Virus record (IMG/VR): IMGVR_UViG_3300045988_071280
Source of the DNA: a virus
Strand: one strand, 5' to 3'
DNA: 64,000 nucleotides
Positions 9,201-18,747 of this stretch are shown in pieces (the stretch's first letter is position 1; each line of letters opens with the position of its first letter). Made by a program: the position numbers and the translations under genes. The notes below the pieces were generated by a model. That model saw only the letters and a list, made by a program, of their open reading frames with translations, searched no databases and was not told the DNA's origin.

Positions 9201-12032
9201 TTCAAATATATAATCAATTCCTCTTTCTACCGGAACTCCTAATTCAAGTCCTAACTTTCTCGCTAAATCAAAATTACGTTTTGCATCTTCGTCAAGATTA
9301 AGCAAAGCCTCTTCATCTATTCCTGATAGATATCCTTTTATTTTATTTAATAATGGTAACTTAGATACTATATTTATAATATTATCACCATATTTCTGTG
9401 ATAATGACGTAAATATTTTATACGCTTTATCTAATTTCTCATTATTATCTTCTCTATAAGCTTTATATCTAGATTTAATTTCCTCTCTTTCAGATTCTGA
9501 TAAAGATCCATACGGTTTGCCGAGAATATTTTCTGTATATGTATATATATCAGAAGAATAAATTTTATTAGATATTTCGCTTATATTAAATAAAGCTCTT
9601 TTTAAATATTCTTCGGATTTTCCTCCTCGTAATAATATATCTTTCTCTGTTCTTTTTTGTTGAAGTTCTTCATTTATTATATTTAATCTATTCTCCAACT
9701 CTATTTTATTTGGAATTTCTTTATTAGGAGCATTTAATTGATTCTCTATATCTTTCTTTTCTAGAAGTAAGTTTCCTATTTCTTTTCCTAATTGATTATA
9801 ATCTCTAATAATATCTAATCTCCCATCAAATTTAATAAGATCTTCTACTCTCCTATCCCTTAATGCGGATAAAGATATTAATTCCTCGTCACTAAGGCGT
9901 AGATTTTCTTCATTAATAATAGCATCCCATTGATTTATTAATTGTAACGATAAGTCTATTACAGCATCATTTTGGGAAATATCTCCAGATTCTACAGGAG
10001 AGTAATTTATATTCTCTCCTTCTATTGTTCTATTAGTAGCAGAAAGATTTTTTGGAGCTACACCTTGTTGTCTTAATCTCTCTAATTCTGAGATTAATTT
10101 AGATTTACCTCCATTTCGTAATATGTAAAAGATATTATCAGTAGCTTGTTCCGGAACTCTTTTATTTATATCAGATAAATTATTAGCAGCTTTAAATATA
10201 GCCCCACCAATAGCACCTCCAAAACCAGCCATTAAGTATCTTTCTAATGGATTAGAGGATAAGAAATCAAAAGAAGCATCTTTTTGTGTACCAGAAATTC
10301 CTGTGAATATATCTGTAATAGCTTTAGACATATCCATAATAGCTTCTTCTGACATTTCCTCAATTCCCTCAGCTACAGCATTACTAGCTATTCCAGAACC
10401 TGAGATAATATTATTTATAGGTTCCTTTACTTTTTTAAATGTATTTATAGCTTTCTTTAATACAGAATTAAATGCAGCTTTATCTTTTGTATTATTTGCA
10501 GTATAATGTAATAATTCTCTATTTTCTTCGATAAACTTTTTTCCAGCATTTCTTATAGCAGCTCTTTCACTATCAAATCCCAATCCCTCTAAAGCTTTCT
10601 GTCCTATTTCTGTAGATTGTATCATCCAAGTAGTAGCACCCATAGCTAAGCCTGCAGTTAAGGCAGCTGTTCTTCTATCATATCCGGCATCTAAAGCATC
10701 ATTATAAACATCCATTGTAGAAGTTCCGGACATATAGAAATTAGCCATAAATCTACCTAAGAAATTATTTCTTATATTAGCTTTATTTATTGCATTTATA
10801 ACAGCAGGATCGTTACGAGTAATTGTATTATATAATCCTCTATTTTGAATTATACTACCATCAGAAATAGCTTGTATTATATCATCTCCATATTTAGCTT
10901 TTATAGCTTTTAGAGCAGCCCTTTCAGAATTTCCAATACCAAGCCAGTTTGGAATTTGAGCTAATAATCTTTGTTGGAATAATTGACTGCCAACGTCTGA
11001 GATTAATCTCCCAAAATTCTCAAAGGTTAATATTTTTTCTTGGGATTTATCAGATACACTAGTATTAAATTGATTGGCTTTGGCTTCTATAGTATTTAAT
11101 ATTCCATAATTAGGATTAGGATTATTATTAATAAACCCATCCATCATTTTATATAGAGTAATACCTAGCTTAGTACCTTCTCGAAGTACTAAAGCTCCAG
11201 CATAAGCCTGACCTACATATGGGATAAATAAAGGAGCGATACTAGCTATAGTTTGTGCTATAGTAGATCCGATACTAGATTCTTCTCCATCATTATCAAA
11301 AAAATCAAATTTATTCCACGTAGAATTTTCTCTAGTAATTACATCAAATGCACTTAATACTTGTTTACCGTGAACCTCTCGATTACCAAGAGTTTCATAA
11401 TAAGGCATTCCACTTTCATCTAATTTTATTTCTCCCTTTTTATGTTGTATTAATCTTCCTGTTTCTGGATCAGTTTCTTGTATATCTCTATCATATTGAG
11501 CTAAAACTATCGGAGTTTTAGTTACTGTTCCCCAAAATCCTAAATCCTCTGGAGTAATATCCATCCACCTATTATTCTCAGTATCAAAAATTTTATTTTG
11601 TTGAGCCATTTCTCTAGTAGACATACTAGTCATTTCTGTCCCTAGTATAGTATTTAATCCGGTGCTTTGAATAAAAGGATTTTTAGTCTTTATTATATCT
11701 AAAGAAATATCTTGTACAGGAGAAAGTTGAGATTTAAAAGGAGACATTATATCATATTGCACTTTGGGAAGATCCTCTTCTGTAAACTGTCCTATAGATA
11801 ATGTATTATATGAAGATAATGCTTTATTATAAAATGTATCAAATGCGTTATCATCAAATTTTCCATCGGGTGCAGTAAATGCCTGAACAATCTTTTCGTT
11901 TTGTTTATATTCATCCTTTGACTTCAATTCTATATCATTAGGAGTAACTCCGTTCTGTAAGAAGTCTATATAAGTTTTATCTTGGTTTGAGTAATATAAC
12001 CCAAACCAATCCTTTTTTTCTAAATTATCCAT
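3225..12032 (-). CDS. giant (2935 aa) putative virion/ejected protein with an embedded SF1 helicase core
   Basis: Uninterrupted 2935-aa ORF. Gly/Ala-rich hydrophobic segments in the N-terminal third (AGFGGAIGGAIF, LTAGLAMGATTWM). Central helicase motifs are listed in the separate domain feature. Lies in a block of giant ORFs downstream of the tail genes. Confidence 0.85.
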   Translation of the reverse strand: MDNLEKKDWFGLYYSNQDKTYIDFLQNGVTPNDIELKSKDEYKQNEKIVQAFTAPDGKFDDNAFDTFYNKALSSYNTLSIGQFTEEDLPKVQYDIMSPFKSQLSPVQDISLDIIKTKNPFIQSTGLNTILGTEMTSMSTREMAQQNKIFDTENNRWMDITPEDLGFWGTVTKTPIVLAQYDRDIQETDPETGRLIQHKKGEIKLDESGMPYYETLGNREVHGKQVLSAFDVITRENSTWNKFDFFDNDGEESSIGSTIAQTIASIAPLFIPYVGQAYAGALVLREGTKLGITLYKMMDGFINNNPNPNYGILNTIEAKANQFNTSVSDKSQEKILTFENFGRLISDVGSQLFQQRLLAQIPNWLGIGNSERAALKAIKAKYGDDIIQAISDGSIIQNRGLYNTITRNDPAVINAINKANIRNNFLGRFMANFYMSGTSTMDVYNDALDAGYDRRTAALTAGLAMGATTWMIQSTEIGQKALEGLGFDSERAAIRNAGKKFIEENRELLHYTANNTKDKAAFNSVLKKAINTFKKVKEPINNIISGSGIASNAVAEGIEEMSEEAIMDMSKAITDIFTGISGTQKDASFDFLSSNPLERYLMAGFGGAIGGAIFKAANNLSDINKRVPEQATDNIFYILRNGGKSKLISELERLRQQGVAPKNLSATNRTIEGENINYSPVESGDISQNDAVIDLSLQLINQWDAIINEENLRLSDEELISLSALRDRRVEDLIKFDGRLDIIRDYNQLGKEIGNLLLEKKDIENQLNAPNKEIPNKIELENRLNIINEELQQKRTEKDILLRGGKSEEYLKRALFNISEISNKIYSSDIYTYTENILGKPYGSLSESEREEIKSRYKAYREDNNEKLDKAYKIFTSLSQKYGDNIINIVSKLPLLNKIKGYLSGIDEEALLNLDEDAKRNFDLARKLGLELGVPVERGIDYIFEYRNTDLSDINTQNIIKNFFNSINQDGSGIDVGSIFSTYKNSGEFISNIFDTIFNIDQKIDTLSNSINNKLNSNPTLDKNFVIRESIEEFLNENVSNSVVKSYIQDNLNLPNLNSPEEAISNIRKILINLSGLLQFNLIPQLRTRSMMNLIESARNEGIELTKDLYSYIKTYLKSDNKVELDYSSYVSNLLSYVDESLGELVNYDLQNIKSQSPDFQAALKEGFEEIGVNNLEEILLISEELKNVKDWFEVANLLKNSNLNDVEKRIIIESINDSNKSKTKSSLSEINILSEASIDSSQLVENPLNTLLSEIYLNIDESTGNINIFELLSNESDLLKSTNTLSDYVLQGKVKLEQLDTAINVINALQSVVSSMQSSTIENGGYGFNSTLNYIREKLGVSEKLPEIESNSAFEVIQELERIKNKLGFYKKLSEQNKGNKLKEHKLTAIKTRQALIKNYQDKLFKNRAPELFEGVDDILSNYNLDSLNNSDLTDEEYISLEKLILEVEDRIYDNATKLSKNNTVSKEHLISKLFQNYDYSKLMKEAYNNPASLNSEITEMSPSDLFIYYHTILTTKASTFNNALRDIVNESLGSDKQLIIPIFSQEYAARIALACIIDINFMNNSTELTKEFENSITNPALRDKYKNYISRLQNTVFINGAPGVGKTTGVDSLVFKLANKLLGEQGAVISGPKVQQTVNLLNSITGESYSETEGLNTINDAIKNKKLTAITADMLLNSILVSPEIIEKAKKQFNDSQSKTIPENERVIDILETQDKELVVRINPKYLTPSNFKSGIFQDQRLIFIDEVTQLSKFELELLSSWAQQNDKILITSGDLLQSGYAGSDGAYLGIDVDTNLIYTPTLATSLRITNIHKKDNLDSLRVLTDRVRNVDNYYTTGEFNLEEGIKIALSNYENIPSLKYYEDDVKLSGDKIVGSISTFDLDKLVRDSEEPVGFIYDDVNSDTYKLIDTYIKKNPGKIRKFKLEEVQGSEAKYFIVDKKFNFGSHGEFVEKATRDLYTAITRSKEGTIIINNGLTTKLTKGSERISYTQSSILNNEAAKSFSELRLKALNSSLENKTIEPQKKESSTTSISTRQPNVELGKVLDAAFSDSPEANREIQQLERIESKTEKHSPDSFICYSYRTRIKPKAEINGDITTYSIKDSAIMLRLDSNSEHRAFFNGEIDGLNPTQFERVDEKILEVKSILYNYTKSRRNKLFKDYNIEQDLSNLYNDISGNTGTLDLSNGKFVLKATKYFNKSIGKEDSVIRIIYEIPILNSSTEENTVELYIVELPNINNESFRIKDSDTPEQRASKAWFVEYQKFYGQVMNSFILDESGKSNKYFQLRDDFELERITNSIIYKGSDKKKFAHVPFESKESEFRGIYFSKPYIVTNTRYGKSNRNELLIQRNERLNTLYNDYYETLEEYNKADTTQKSRLEPILKSKSERLNAEINKNNIKGKAVVFATHSKYIFDEDDNIISEDQYGDYYIDQMNGKYDNDPDRRDKIRMIILNPEGQTFQSFISKYREFINSYKKNSGVAKYNGKFYKSYFGDFIGFDTLLSIYNYYNYLKANGKPDSKHIKIAEKLFNSLSSLSTKEGNAENPFDLPSAKVKFGLPHVLRIMERLHIETTPEEIKKMENYSSSINGNDVLKFINKIIEFKINQRLHPELLVSSPIINEENGGIFQDWNKEDGITDLDIIDFMEFAMLGRRNYKQPDGSISSVEAPNYNPLFKNGIFPFPVYELTDKKTDYTGGEYFYEARNPEGQYYIDRDIQTPQFVFQPSKDLASPNDFGIARVENNNREVSNKDVEKQKSKEVYRAELYNNIKDKLSTSNIDLNYLLVNNISLATITGSMDRDVESNINSTIDVVNTILKTQPVKVDEISEVDYIEYKNNELKIYSRPIENIEQNDSISEENNISLSQTFGKMFDVVSDPKDLEMLKNITKVLLTYDNNNLLINYVTKSEITPDTVNLILSNINIQTILSDINKIRSKYNIC
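6110..7265 (-). other. RecD/Dda-like superfamily 1 helicase (P-loop NTPase) core within the 2935-aa ORF
   Basis: Motif I GAPGVGKT (7209-7232, aa 1601-1608). Motif II LIFIDEVTQ (DE at 6789-6794, aa 1747-1748). Motif III ILITSGDLLQSG. Motif V-like VQGSEAKYFIV. Motif VI YTAITRSKEGT (about 6128-6160). Confidence 0.75.
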
Positions 12033-12033
12033 A

Positions 12034-13908
12034 TTATTTAAATGCAGCTGGATTTAATCCTCCAGTTTGTTGTGTAATTTGATTAGTATTTCTTATTACA
12101 TTTTCATAATCTAAATTAGATTTAGCTGTTTGAGGAGCAGTTTTTCCAGTAAATAAGATTGACATTAACTCATCTTGTACAGGTAAGAATATAGAGGATT
12201 TATATATATCATCGTCGGATATGAGCCAATATTCTGGAGGTACGTAACCATTAGCTCTCAACATTTTATTTTCTAGATTAGATCTAACTCTAGCATACAT
12301 ATCTCTAGCCTTATCCTCTAAATCATTATTTAATCTCTTAGTAATACTATTTAATTGAGTTTCCTTTGCCACTTCTTCTGGAATTAGAGATGGGATAACC
12401 ATAAATTGATGCATATAAGATAATTGACTTTGTGCTGGTTCTCCGCCTCTAAGTATTAAATGATCTACATTATGTGCTCTGTATATATTTAATTTCTGAT
12501 CTTCTGTAACTGTAGGACCTATAGCAGAAATTTCTCTATCTGCATCTTCTAAACGCTTTAATGCTTTTAAATCTACTACTTTAGAACCTGTTTTAGGATC
12601 TGTTATATATGGTAACCATGTCATCGCTACTCTATCTCCTTCATATAATATCTTACTTAAATCATTCGGGTTTAAAGTAACTCCAGTTCCAACAGAAGCT
12701 CCTGAAATATCTACTAAAGAACCTAATCCTCCGTTAGTAATTATATCAGATAAATAATTCTCATTTAATACTTCTCCTTTAGCTCCTATTAATGGTCTAA
12801 TACTAGCTTTAGCATCAAAAGAATATTTATCTCCTACATTTACTACATATTTCTGATTTTTAGGATCTGATACATAGCTCATTAGAGGGTTAATATCAGT
12901 TAATCCTCCTTTACCTCCAGAACCACTTCCTGATTTACCTTCTATATTCTCATCTTTTAATGATTGAGAATAAGAATGATCAGTTCCGAAGATTAGGATA
13001 TTTTTAATACTTTCTATAGCATTTTCTCTAGGATCTCCAGTATTATTAATAGCAGCTCTTGCGATTAAAGTATTTTTAGATTGTTGGTCTAAATTATTCC
13101 ATATGTAATTTAAAGCAAGATTAGCATTTTTTCTTTGTGTAGCAACTTCCTCAGTTAATTTAAAAGTTCCATCAGGAGCGGTATTTAACTTCTCACTTAC
13201 AATAGCTTGTAATCCTTTTTCTAATTGATTAGCTCTAGCTTTATCAAAGTAATAATCAGAAGATTGTTTTTCTACTCCTATAGATTTAACAATCTCTTCT
13301 ATTCGTTTACTTATATCGTTTATATTTAAACTTCCAGCAACCGTTTGAGATAGGCTATTATCAAATATATAAGCTTTACTATTATTCCTTAGAGTTAAGA
13401 GATCATTATTAGTTAATACTCTATACTCTTCTCTACTTTCTGAGTATTGATCTGGAGTAATCATAACAAGTTCTCCATTAGAGTTTTGTGCGAATAAATT
13501 TCCAGAATAATCTATTGCTGCTTCTGAAAGTGTTCCTTTAGATAGTGCGTGTTCTTTTGCTTGATCAAATATCTGTTTATTATTCTGAATCTCGTTTAAT
13601 CTAGATACTAATCCTGTATATTGTCTAACGCTAATAGGTTGTCCTAAAAGATCTGTATCAGCAAAGATATTACCAACTTGTTCTGCGAAATAATTAACTT
13701 CATTAGTTAATCCTTTACCAACCATTTGACCTATAATATCTTTTAACTGTCTCTGAGAATTATCAATCTTAGTATCACCAGATTTAGCAGAAGAATTAGC
13801 TACAGCTGATGTCCCTTCTTCTCTTCCAATAGGTTGAAAGAAAGGAGAATACCCAACCCACGGGGCCAGTTGTCCTCCTTCTTGAAATTTTTTAATATTT
13901 AACTTCAT
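12034..13908 (-). CDS. virion-block protein, 624 aa, function unknown
   Basis: Long ORF starting 1 nt after the upstream stop. N-terminal KKFQEGG motif shared with neighbouring proteins. Internal GSGSGGKGG linker. Confidence 0.8.
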   Translation of the reverse strand: MKLNIKKFQEGGQLAPWVGYSPFFQPIGREEGTSAVANSSAKSGDTKIDNSQRQLKDIIGQMVGKGLTNEVNYFAEQVGNIFADTDLLGQPISVRQYTGLVSRLNEIQNNKQIFDQAKEHALSKGTLSEAAIDYSGNLFAQNSNGELVMITPDQYSESREEYRVLTNNDLLTLRNNSKAYIFDNSLSQTVAGSLNINDISKRIEEIVKSIGVEKQSSDYYFDKARANQLEKGLQAIVSEKLNTAPDGTFKLTEEVATQRKNANLALNYIWNNLDQQSKNTLIARAAINNTGDPRENAIESIKNILIFGTDHSYSQSLKDENIEGKSGSGSGGKGGLTDINPLMSYVSDPKNQKYVVNVGDKYSFDAKASIRPLIGAKGEVLNENYLSDIITNGGLGSLVDISGASVGTGVTLNPNDLSKILYEGDRVAMTWLPYITDPKTGSKVVDLKALKRLEDADREISAIGPTVTEDQKLNIYRAHNVDHLILRGGEPAQSQLSYMHQFMVIPSLIPEEVAKETQLNSITKRLNNDLEDKARDMYARVRSNLENKMLRANGYVPPEYWLISDDDIYKSSIFLPVQDELMSILFTGKTAPQTAKSNLDYENVIRNTNQITQQTGGLNPAAFK

Positions 13909-13909
13909 A

Positions 13910-16900
13910 TTATTTCTTAATTATTCCTCCGAATCTAAATACTTTAGGATATTGTCCAGATAATCCTAATTTTTGTAAATCTATATTCCTCTTTAATCCT
14001 TTAAGTTGTAACTCTTTTTGAGCGTTAATAATATTTTTATATTCTGGATCTAAGAATAATTTAGTAGGATCTTTCTTATATTCTTCTTTTTGATATAACG
14101 CATCTAATCTTCTCTGTAAATCTGATGCAGTAATAGAATCCTCTGTAGATAATCTAGCATTTTTATATTGAGAATCTAAAAGTTGTTCATTTACTTTTCT
14201 AGCATTATTTGTATTTATATACTGCTTAGTTTGTTCTGTTACATCATGTAAGAATGTATCCCAGATATTAGCATTTTGTCCTATCTTCTGAGCTTTTAAA
14301 TTCGCTAAAGTATTTAAATACTCCGTAGTAGCTAAACGATTTCTATTTGCAGCTTCCTCTCTTCTCATTAAATTATTAGCATTAACTTGGAATGCTTTTT
14401 CTCTAGACTGTTGTATAGCTTGTTCATTTGCTAAATCTCCTTGCAATCTTGCTTCTGCTGCATTTTTAGCTACTTCTAAATTATATGCTAATTGTCTGTC
14501 GGCATCTGAGGTTAGAGGTGTTCTAGTTAATCCTTCTAAATTTGCTGCTTGTTTATAATAAGCTTGTCTAACTCCTTCATTTCCTTGAATAGAATAATTT
14601 AAATCTGTAGGGAGATTTATTAAAGAAGGTCTTAGATTCTTTCTTAGTGTTTTATATATCTTATTATTAGCTGCTGTTTTTTGTATAGCAGAAGCTAAAG
14701 AAGATATAGTAGTTAGAGGAATACTTCCTAATGACGATTTAGTTGGAAGATAATTTTGAGATTCAACATTAGAACCAGTTGAAGATTTAGTGATAGGAGT
14801 ATTTAAAGAAGGTGTATTCATTGATTTTAAATTAAAATCAAAAGTATTATTATTTAAAACTTCGGAATCAATTCTTCTTATTCTAGAAGGCGATTTTCTA
14901 GTTACAACAACTTCTTCTAATATGTTAGTAGGTGTAACTCCTCCATCTTGATATTTAATAACTCCTCCATTTTTAAATTCTTTAACTTTTTTATTTGCTT
15001 CAATCCATTCTTTAGAGCCTAATTCATATTTATCTCTTTCTTTAAGAAGTTTATTTCGAATAAAAAAGTAATCTAAAGTACCTCCATCCTTATGTTTTTT
15101 AGGTAATCTATCTCCTACATCTTTACTTTTCTTCTTACTTACTGTTTTCTTTTTAGAGGAATGTTTAGATGCAGCTTGATATTCTTGAGCATTTATACGT
15201 TTTCTTAATGCTGCGTCCTCTTCTGCTTTAATTAAGAGATTTAATATTCTTTCATCGTTTTGATTACTAACACTTTCATTCGGAGTTGTAACTATTCTAG
15301 ATAAATTCTTATTTTCTTCTTTATATCCTAACTCGTTACGTCTTTTTGTTTCCTGACCTTTTAAATATGCTAATTGTCTACGTTTTTTAGCTTCTTCTAG
15401 TTTTTGCTTATTTTTGGCTATTTCTGCCTTTCCTTCATCGCTGTAAATATAAATTTTATCTTGTGCCTTTTTTACATCAGATTTAGTCATTCTACTAGCT
15501 CTCCCAGAAGGTTCTGCTAAACGACGCGTTGTTCCGAAAGGTGTAAATTGCATTTGTTCTAGTATAGAACTATTTAATTCCGCATCTGTAGGTCCTTTTG
15601 TTGGATTTACAACATTATGTATTAATTGCTCTTTTTGCTCAAGTATTTCAGATCTAGGAGCTCTTAAATTAATTTTTCCAGGAACTTTTTCAGTTAATTT
15701 TCCATAATATACTACAGTAGGAGCACCTAAAGTTTGTCCGAGATAAATATTATTATCCTCTAATTGTTTCTGGATATTGCCACGTCTATAATAAGCCTGT
15801 TCTGCTACTAATCCTTTCTGGAAGGATGAAAGTTTATTATTCTTAATCTTATCTAAAGTTTCTGGCGTTAATTCTCTTCCAGCTACTTTAGTTTCTTTTA
15901 CTTTTCCAACTCCACGTGTGAAAGGATTATACCATTTACCTTTAGGTATTTTTATATTACTTAAATCCTCATCAGTTAAATCCGTATATTGAGATTTTAA
16001 TTTAGTCTTGACAGTAGTTAATTTATCCTCTGTCGACATCTTATTAAATCCCTCTACCTCATTATTCTTAAATAAAACTTCTTTAGTTTTACCGTTAACA
16101 TTAACTTCTATAGGTTTAGATAATTCTCCTGCACCAGCTTTTTGAGTATATAACTTCTTCCCAGCAACATTTCTACCGATACCCGTTACAGCATTTAATC
16201 CATTAGCTAACAATCTCCAGTCATTTATAGTTAATTCTTCTCCTGACATTACTTTACCTAAAGCAGTAAGAGAAGTTCCTAATCCTAATGCAGTGAATGC
16301 TTTACGTAGTATTGGAGCTGCTGTTTTTATTGCTTTAGTTACTTTAGCTCCTTTAGCTATTGTTCCTAATCCGGGAATTAATGTTGCTGCATCCATTCCT
16401 AGATTTAGTATTAAATTTCCAGTATCACTCCATGACCAATCATCGTCACGTTTATAATCAGCAATAGCAGTAGAAATTGTAGATCCTAATCCCGTTGCAG
16501 CTCCCACAGCATTTCCTACTCCTAACGCAGCGGTAGAAGCTAAACCAGCTACATCTAATGCTAATGCAGTTAAATCTGCTTTATCTGCTGCACTTAATAA
16601 TTCTCCAGAGAATACGTCTGACATAGAAGCAGATTGTTTATCTTGTAGATCTGAGGAAATTGAATTTCTTAATATTCCACCTTCTTGATACATTCCTACT
16701 CCACTTGGTATATATCCGGTACCTGCATAGTTACTCATTGGAGTATATTTTAATCCTAAAAATGGTTTAATCTTGTTATCATATAAGCCATATTTAGAAT
16801 ATAAATCAGCCAAAAATTTACTTCCCAAGGTTAAATCTCTCCCTTCAACTGGATTTACATTAAGCTTATTTAAATTAATAGAAGAAATTCCTGGATAATT

Positions 16901-18370
16901 TGATGTCGGACTAAATTGTAAATAACCTTGATTATATTTAAATTCCCCAGGAATTATATCTCCAGTCTTTTTATTAATAGCATAAATCCCCGTCGATTTA
17001 TATGGTCTACCACTACTTAGATAACTCTCAACATTCTGAGGATTATTTATTCCAATAAATTCATAATCTTCAACAGCTTGATTATCTCCTATATAAGGAT
17101 TAAAATAATCAATACCATATTCTTCTCCTTCCGGAAGATTTAATAACTTAGCTAATTTATAGTAAGCATTATAACTCTGTTCTTTATCCCAATCTTTCTT
17201 ATATTTAATATTCTCAGCATTTTTTCTCCAACTATATACTTCTGGATTATATATATCATTTAAATATTTAACATTACTTCCTACATAATCCTTAATCTTT
17301 TCATAAGGTATATAATCAGTATCATACCATCCAGATTTTAACATATATGTAGCTGGGTTAGATTCAAACGGAAAATAGCCTCTTAATCCCACAAGATTCC
17401 CAGAAGAATCTTTTTCTCTTAATCCTTCTTTAGTGACTACTATATTTTTTCCGTTAAAATTATAACTTAGAGGAGCATTTTCTGGTAGATTATTTGTTTT
17501 CCTTATTTCATCCTCTTCTTTCTTAATCTGTTCTTCGGATTTAGTAGATCCTTGAGTAGAAGAATTTTGTTGGTTTGAATCTCCAAAAATATATTTCCAT
17601 ATATAATCACCAAAACGCTGATTATTCTTCTGTTCTTCCCAATCAAATTCTGAATTAGGATCCCCATTTCTACCTTGAGATAAATCTTCTATAAATTGAT
17701 CGTACTCCTGTATAGATTTAAAAGGAAGATTCTCATATCCCTTAAATGGAGTTTTATCTTCTGATGATAAATACTCATAAAATCTTCTTCTATTATTTTC
17801 TAAAGCCCTAATTACATCATCAATCCTTTCAGAAGTATTTTTCCTATTATATACTTCCTGATTAATCTTTCCTCCCCATACGGAATTAATTAATTCTCTA
17901 GGATTCCATGACACATCTATTTTATCAGGTTCTTGTAAAGTATTAGAATATTCAGTGAGATTTAAAAAGTTATTATCTATAGCTTTAGCTAAATAATCAC
18001 TACTATATTTATCACCTAAATTAAATCCTTCTGAGTTGTTATATTTAATATCAAATCCACTTGGAGTACTATTAATCTCTTGTATATCACCTTTACTTAG
18101 AGCATCTAAAAATCTATTATAAGAAGCATCTACTCCAGATCCTCTTCTTCTATAAGAGTTTTTTAAATTTCGGGAGTCATCAGAACTAACCCAATTCTGG
18201 AGTTTTTCTTTAGCTTCTTTTATATCGTATTTTTTACCGTTAATAGTAATTGTCTTTGTTTCCTGCTCTTTTTTATTATAAAGGTCTTGTAATTTTTGCT
18301 TCCTTTTATTATATTCTTCTATATTTGAAGGAGATTTACCTCCAGTTTCAAATTTAGGAACTTGTGCCAT
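13910..18370 (-). CDS. 1486-aa tape-measure/ejection-like protein
   Basis: N-terminal PKFETGG motif. Gly/Ala-rich hydrophobic stretches (LALDVAGLASTAALGVGNAVGAATGLGSTISTAIA; LGLGTSLTALG). K/E-rich helical segments. Further YQEGG, HKDGG, FKNGG, YQDGG and C-terminal FRFGG motifs. Confidence 0.8.
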   Translation of the reverse strand: MAQVPKFETGGKSPSNIEEYNKRKQKLQDLYNKKEQETKTITINGKKYDIKEAKEKLQNWVSSDDSRNLKNSYRRRGSGVDASYNRFLDALSKGDIQEINSTPSGFDIKYNNSEGFNLGDKYSSDYLAKAIDNNFLNLTEYSNTLQEPDKIDVSWNPRELINSVWGGKINQEVYNRKNTSERIDDVIRALENNRRRFYEYLSSEDKTPFKGYENLPFKSIQEYDQFIEDLSQGRNGDPNSEFDWEEQKNNQRFGDYIWKYIFGDSNQQNSSTQGSTKSEEQIKKEEDEIRKTNNLPENAPLSYNFNGKNIVVTKEGLREKDSSGNLVGLRGYFPFESNPATYMLKSGWYDTDYIPYEKIKDYVGSNVKYLNDIYNPEVYSWRKNAENIKYKKDWDKEQSYNAYYKLAKLLNLPEGEEYGIDYFNPYIGDNQAVEDYEFIGINNPQNVESYLSSGRPYKSTGIYAINKKTGDIIPGEFKYNQGYLQFSPTSNYPGISSINLNKLNVNPVEGRDLTLGSKFLADLYSKYGLYDNKIKPFLGLKYTPMSNYAGTGYIPSGVGMYQEGGILRNSISSDLQDKQSASMSDVFSGELLSAADKADLTALALDVAGLASTAALGVGNAVGAATGLGSTISTAIADYKRDDDWSWSDTGNLILNLGMDAATLIPGLGTIAKGAKVTKAIKTAAPILRKAFTALGLGTSLTALGKVMSGEELTINDWRLLANGLNAVTGIGRNVAGKKLYTQKAGAGELSKPIEVNVNGKTKEVLFKNNEVEGFNKMSTEDKLTTVKTKLKSQYTDLTDEDLSNIKIPKGKWYNPFTRGVGKVKETKVAGRELTPETLDKIKNNKLSSFQKGLVAEQAYYRRGNIQKQLEDNNIYLGQTLGAPTVVYYGKLTEKVPGKINLRAPRSEILEQKEQLIHNVVNPTKGPTDAELNSSILEQMQFTPFGTTRRLAEPSGRASRMTKSDVKKAQDKIYIYSDEGKAEIAKNKQKLEEAKKRRQLAYLKGQETKRRNELGYKEENKNLSRIVTTPNESVSNQNDERILNLLIKAEEDAALRKRINAQEYQAASKHSSKKKTVSKKKSKDVGDRLPKKHKDGGTLDYFFIRNKLLKERDKYELGSKEWIEANKKVKEFKNGGVIKYQDGGVTPTNILEEVVVTRKSPSRIRRIDSEVLNNNTFDFNLKSMNTPSLNTPITKSSTGSNVESQNYLPTKSSLGSIPLTTISSLASAIQKTAANNKIYKTLRKNLRPSLINLPTDLNYSIQGNEGVRQAYYKQAANLEGLTRTPLTSDADRQLAYNLEVAKNAAEARLQGDLANEQAIQQSREKAFQVNANNLMRREEAANRNRLATTEYLNTLANLKAQKIGQNANIWDTFLHDVTEQTKQYINTNNARKVNEQLLDSQYKNARLSTEDSITASDLQRRLDALYQKEEYKKDPTKLFLDPEYKNIINAQKELQLKGLKRNIDLQKLGLSGQYPKVFRFGGIIKK

Positions 18371-18386
18371 AGTTAATGATTAAAGT

Positions 18387-18421
18387 AAAAAAATGGAGTA
18401 TTATATTTAAATAATACCCCA
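18387..18421 (-). terminator. intrinsic terminator after the 92-aa gene
   Basis: Minus strand reads TGGGGTATTAT-TTAAAT-ATAATACTCCA (one mismatch) followed by T7. Lies between the stop at 18433 and the next ATG at 18370. Confidence 0.55.
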
Positions 18422-18432
18422 TCTAAGATAAT

Positions 18433-18711
18433 TTATTGTCTTTTCTTTACTACTAATTTTCCTCCTCGACGCGCCATTACAGGCTCAGTAGGAGCTTCTG
18501 CTTGAGCAGCTTGTCCCTGAGTCATTTCGACTAACGCTGAACATACCGCCAATGCAGCTTGACAATCCTGATTTTGAGTTGCCTGAGCAGCTAATTGAAG
18601 AATTTGTTGAAAGATTTGTTCTGGACTAGGTTGAGCCTGAGTAGCAGGTTCCGCGGGCATAGTTCCGCCCTCTTGTAAGATTTTTACTTTAAATTTTTCG
18701 TTTACTTTCAT
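18433..18711 (-). CDS. small A/Q-rich protein (92 aa), unknown function
   Basis: ORF with KILQEGG near the N-terminus and RRGGKLVVKKRQ at the C-terminus. Central part is visibly more GC-rich than its surroundings. Has its own promoter-like motif and hairpins on both sides. Confidence 0.7.
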   Translation of the reverse strand: MKVNEKFKVKILQEGGTMPAEPATQAQPSPEQIFQQILQLAAQATQNQDCQAALAVCSALVEMTQGQAAQAEAPTEPVMARRGGKLVVKKRQ

Positions 18712-18739
18712 TTCTTTAATATTTAACGTTAAACTTGTA

Positions 18740-18747
18740 CAAAGTTA
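18740..18747 (-). promoter_or_regulatory. Bacteroidota-type -7 promoter motif candidate (TAACTTTG)
   Basis: Matches TAnnTTTG on the minus strand, 29 nt upstream of the ATG at 18711 and directly after a hairpin. Confidence 0.35.
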
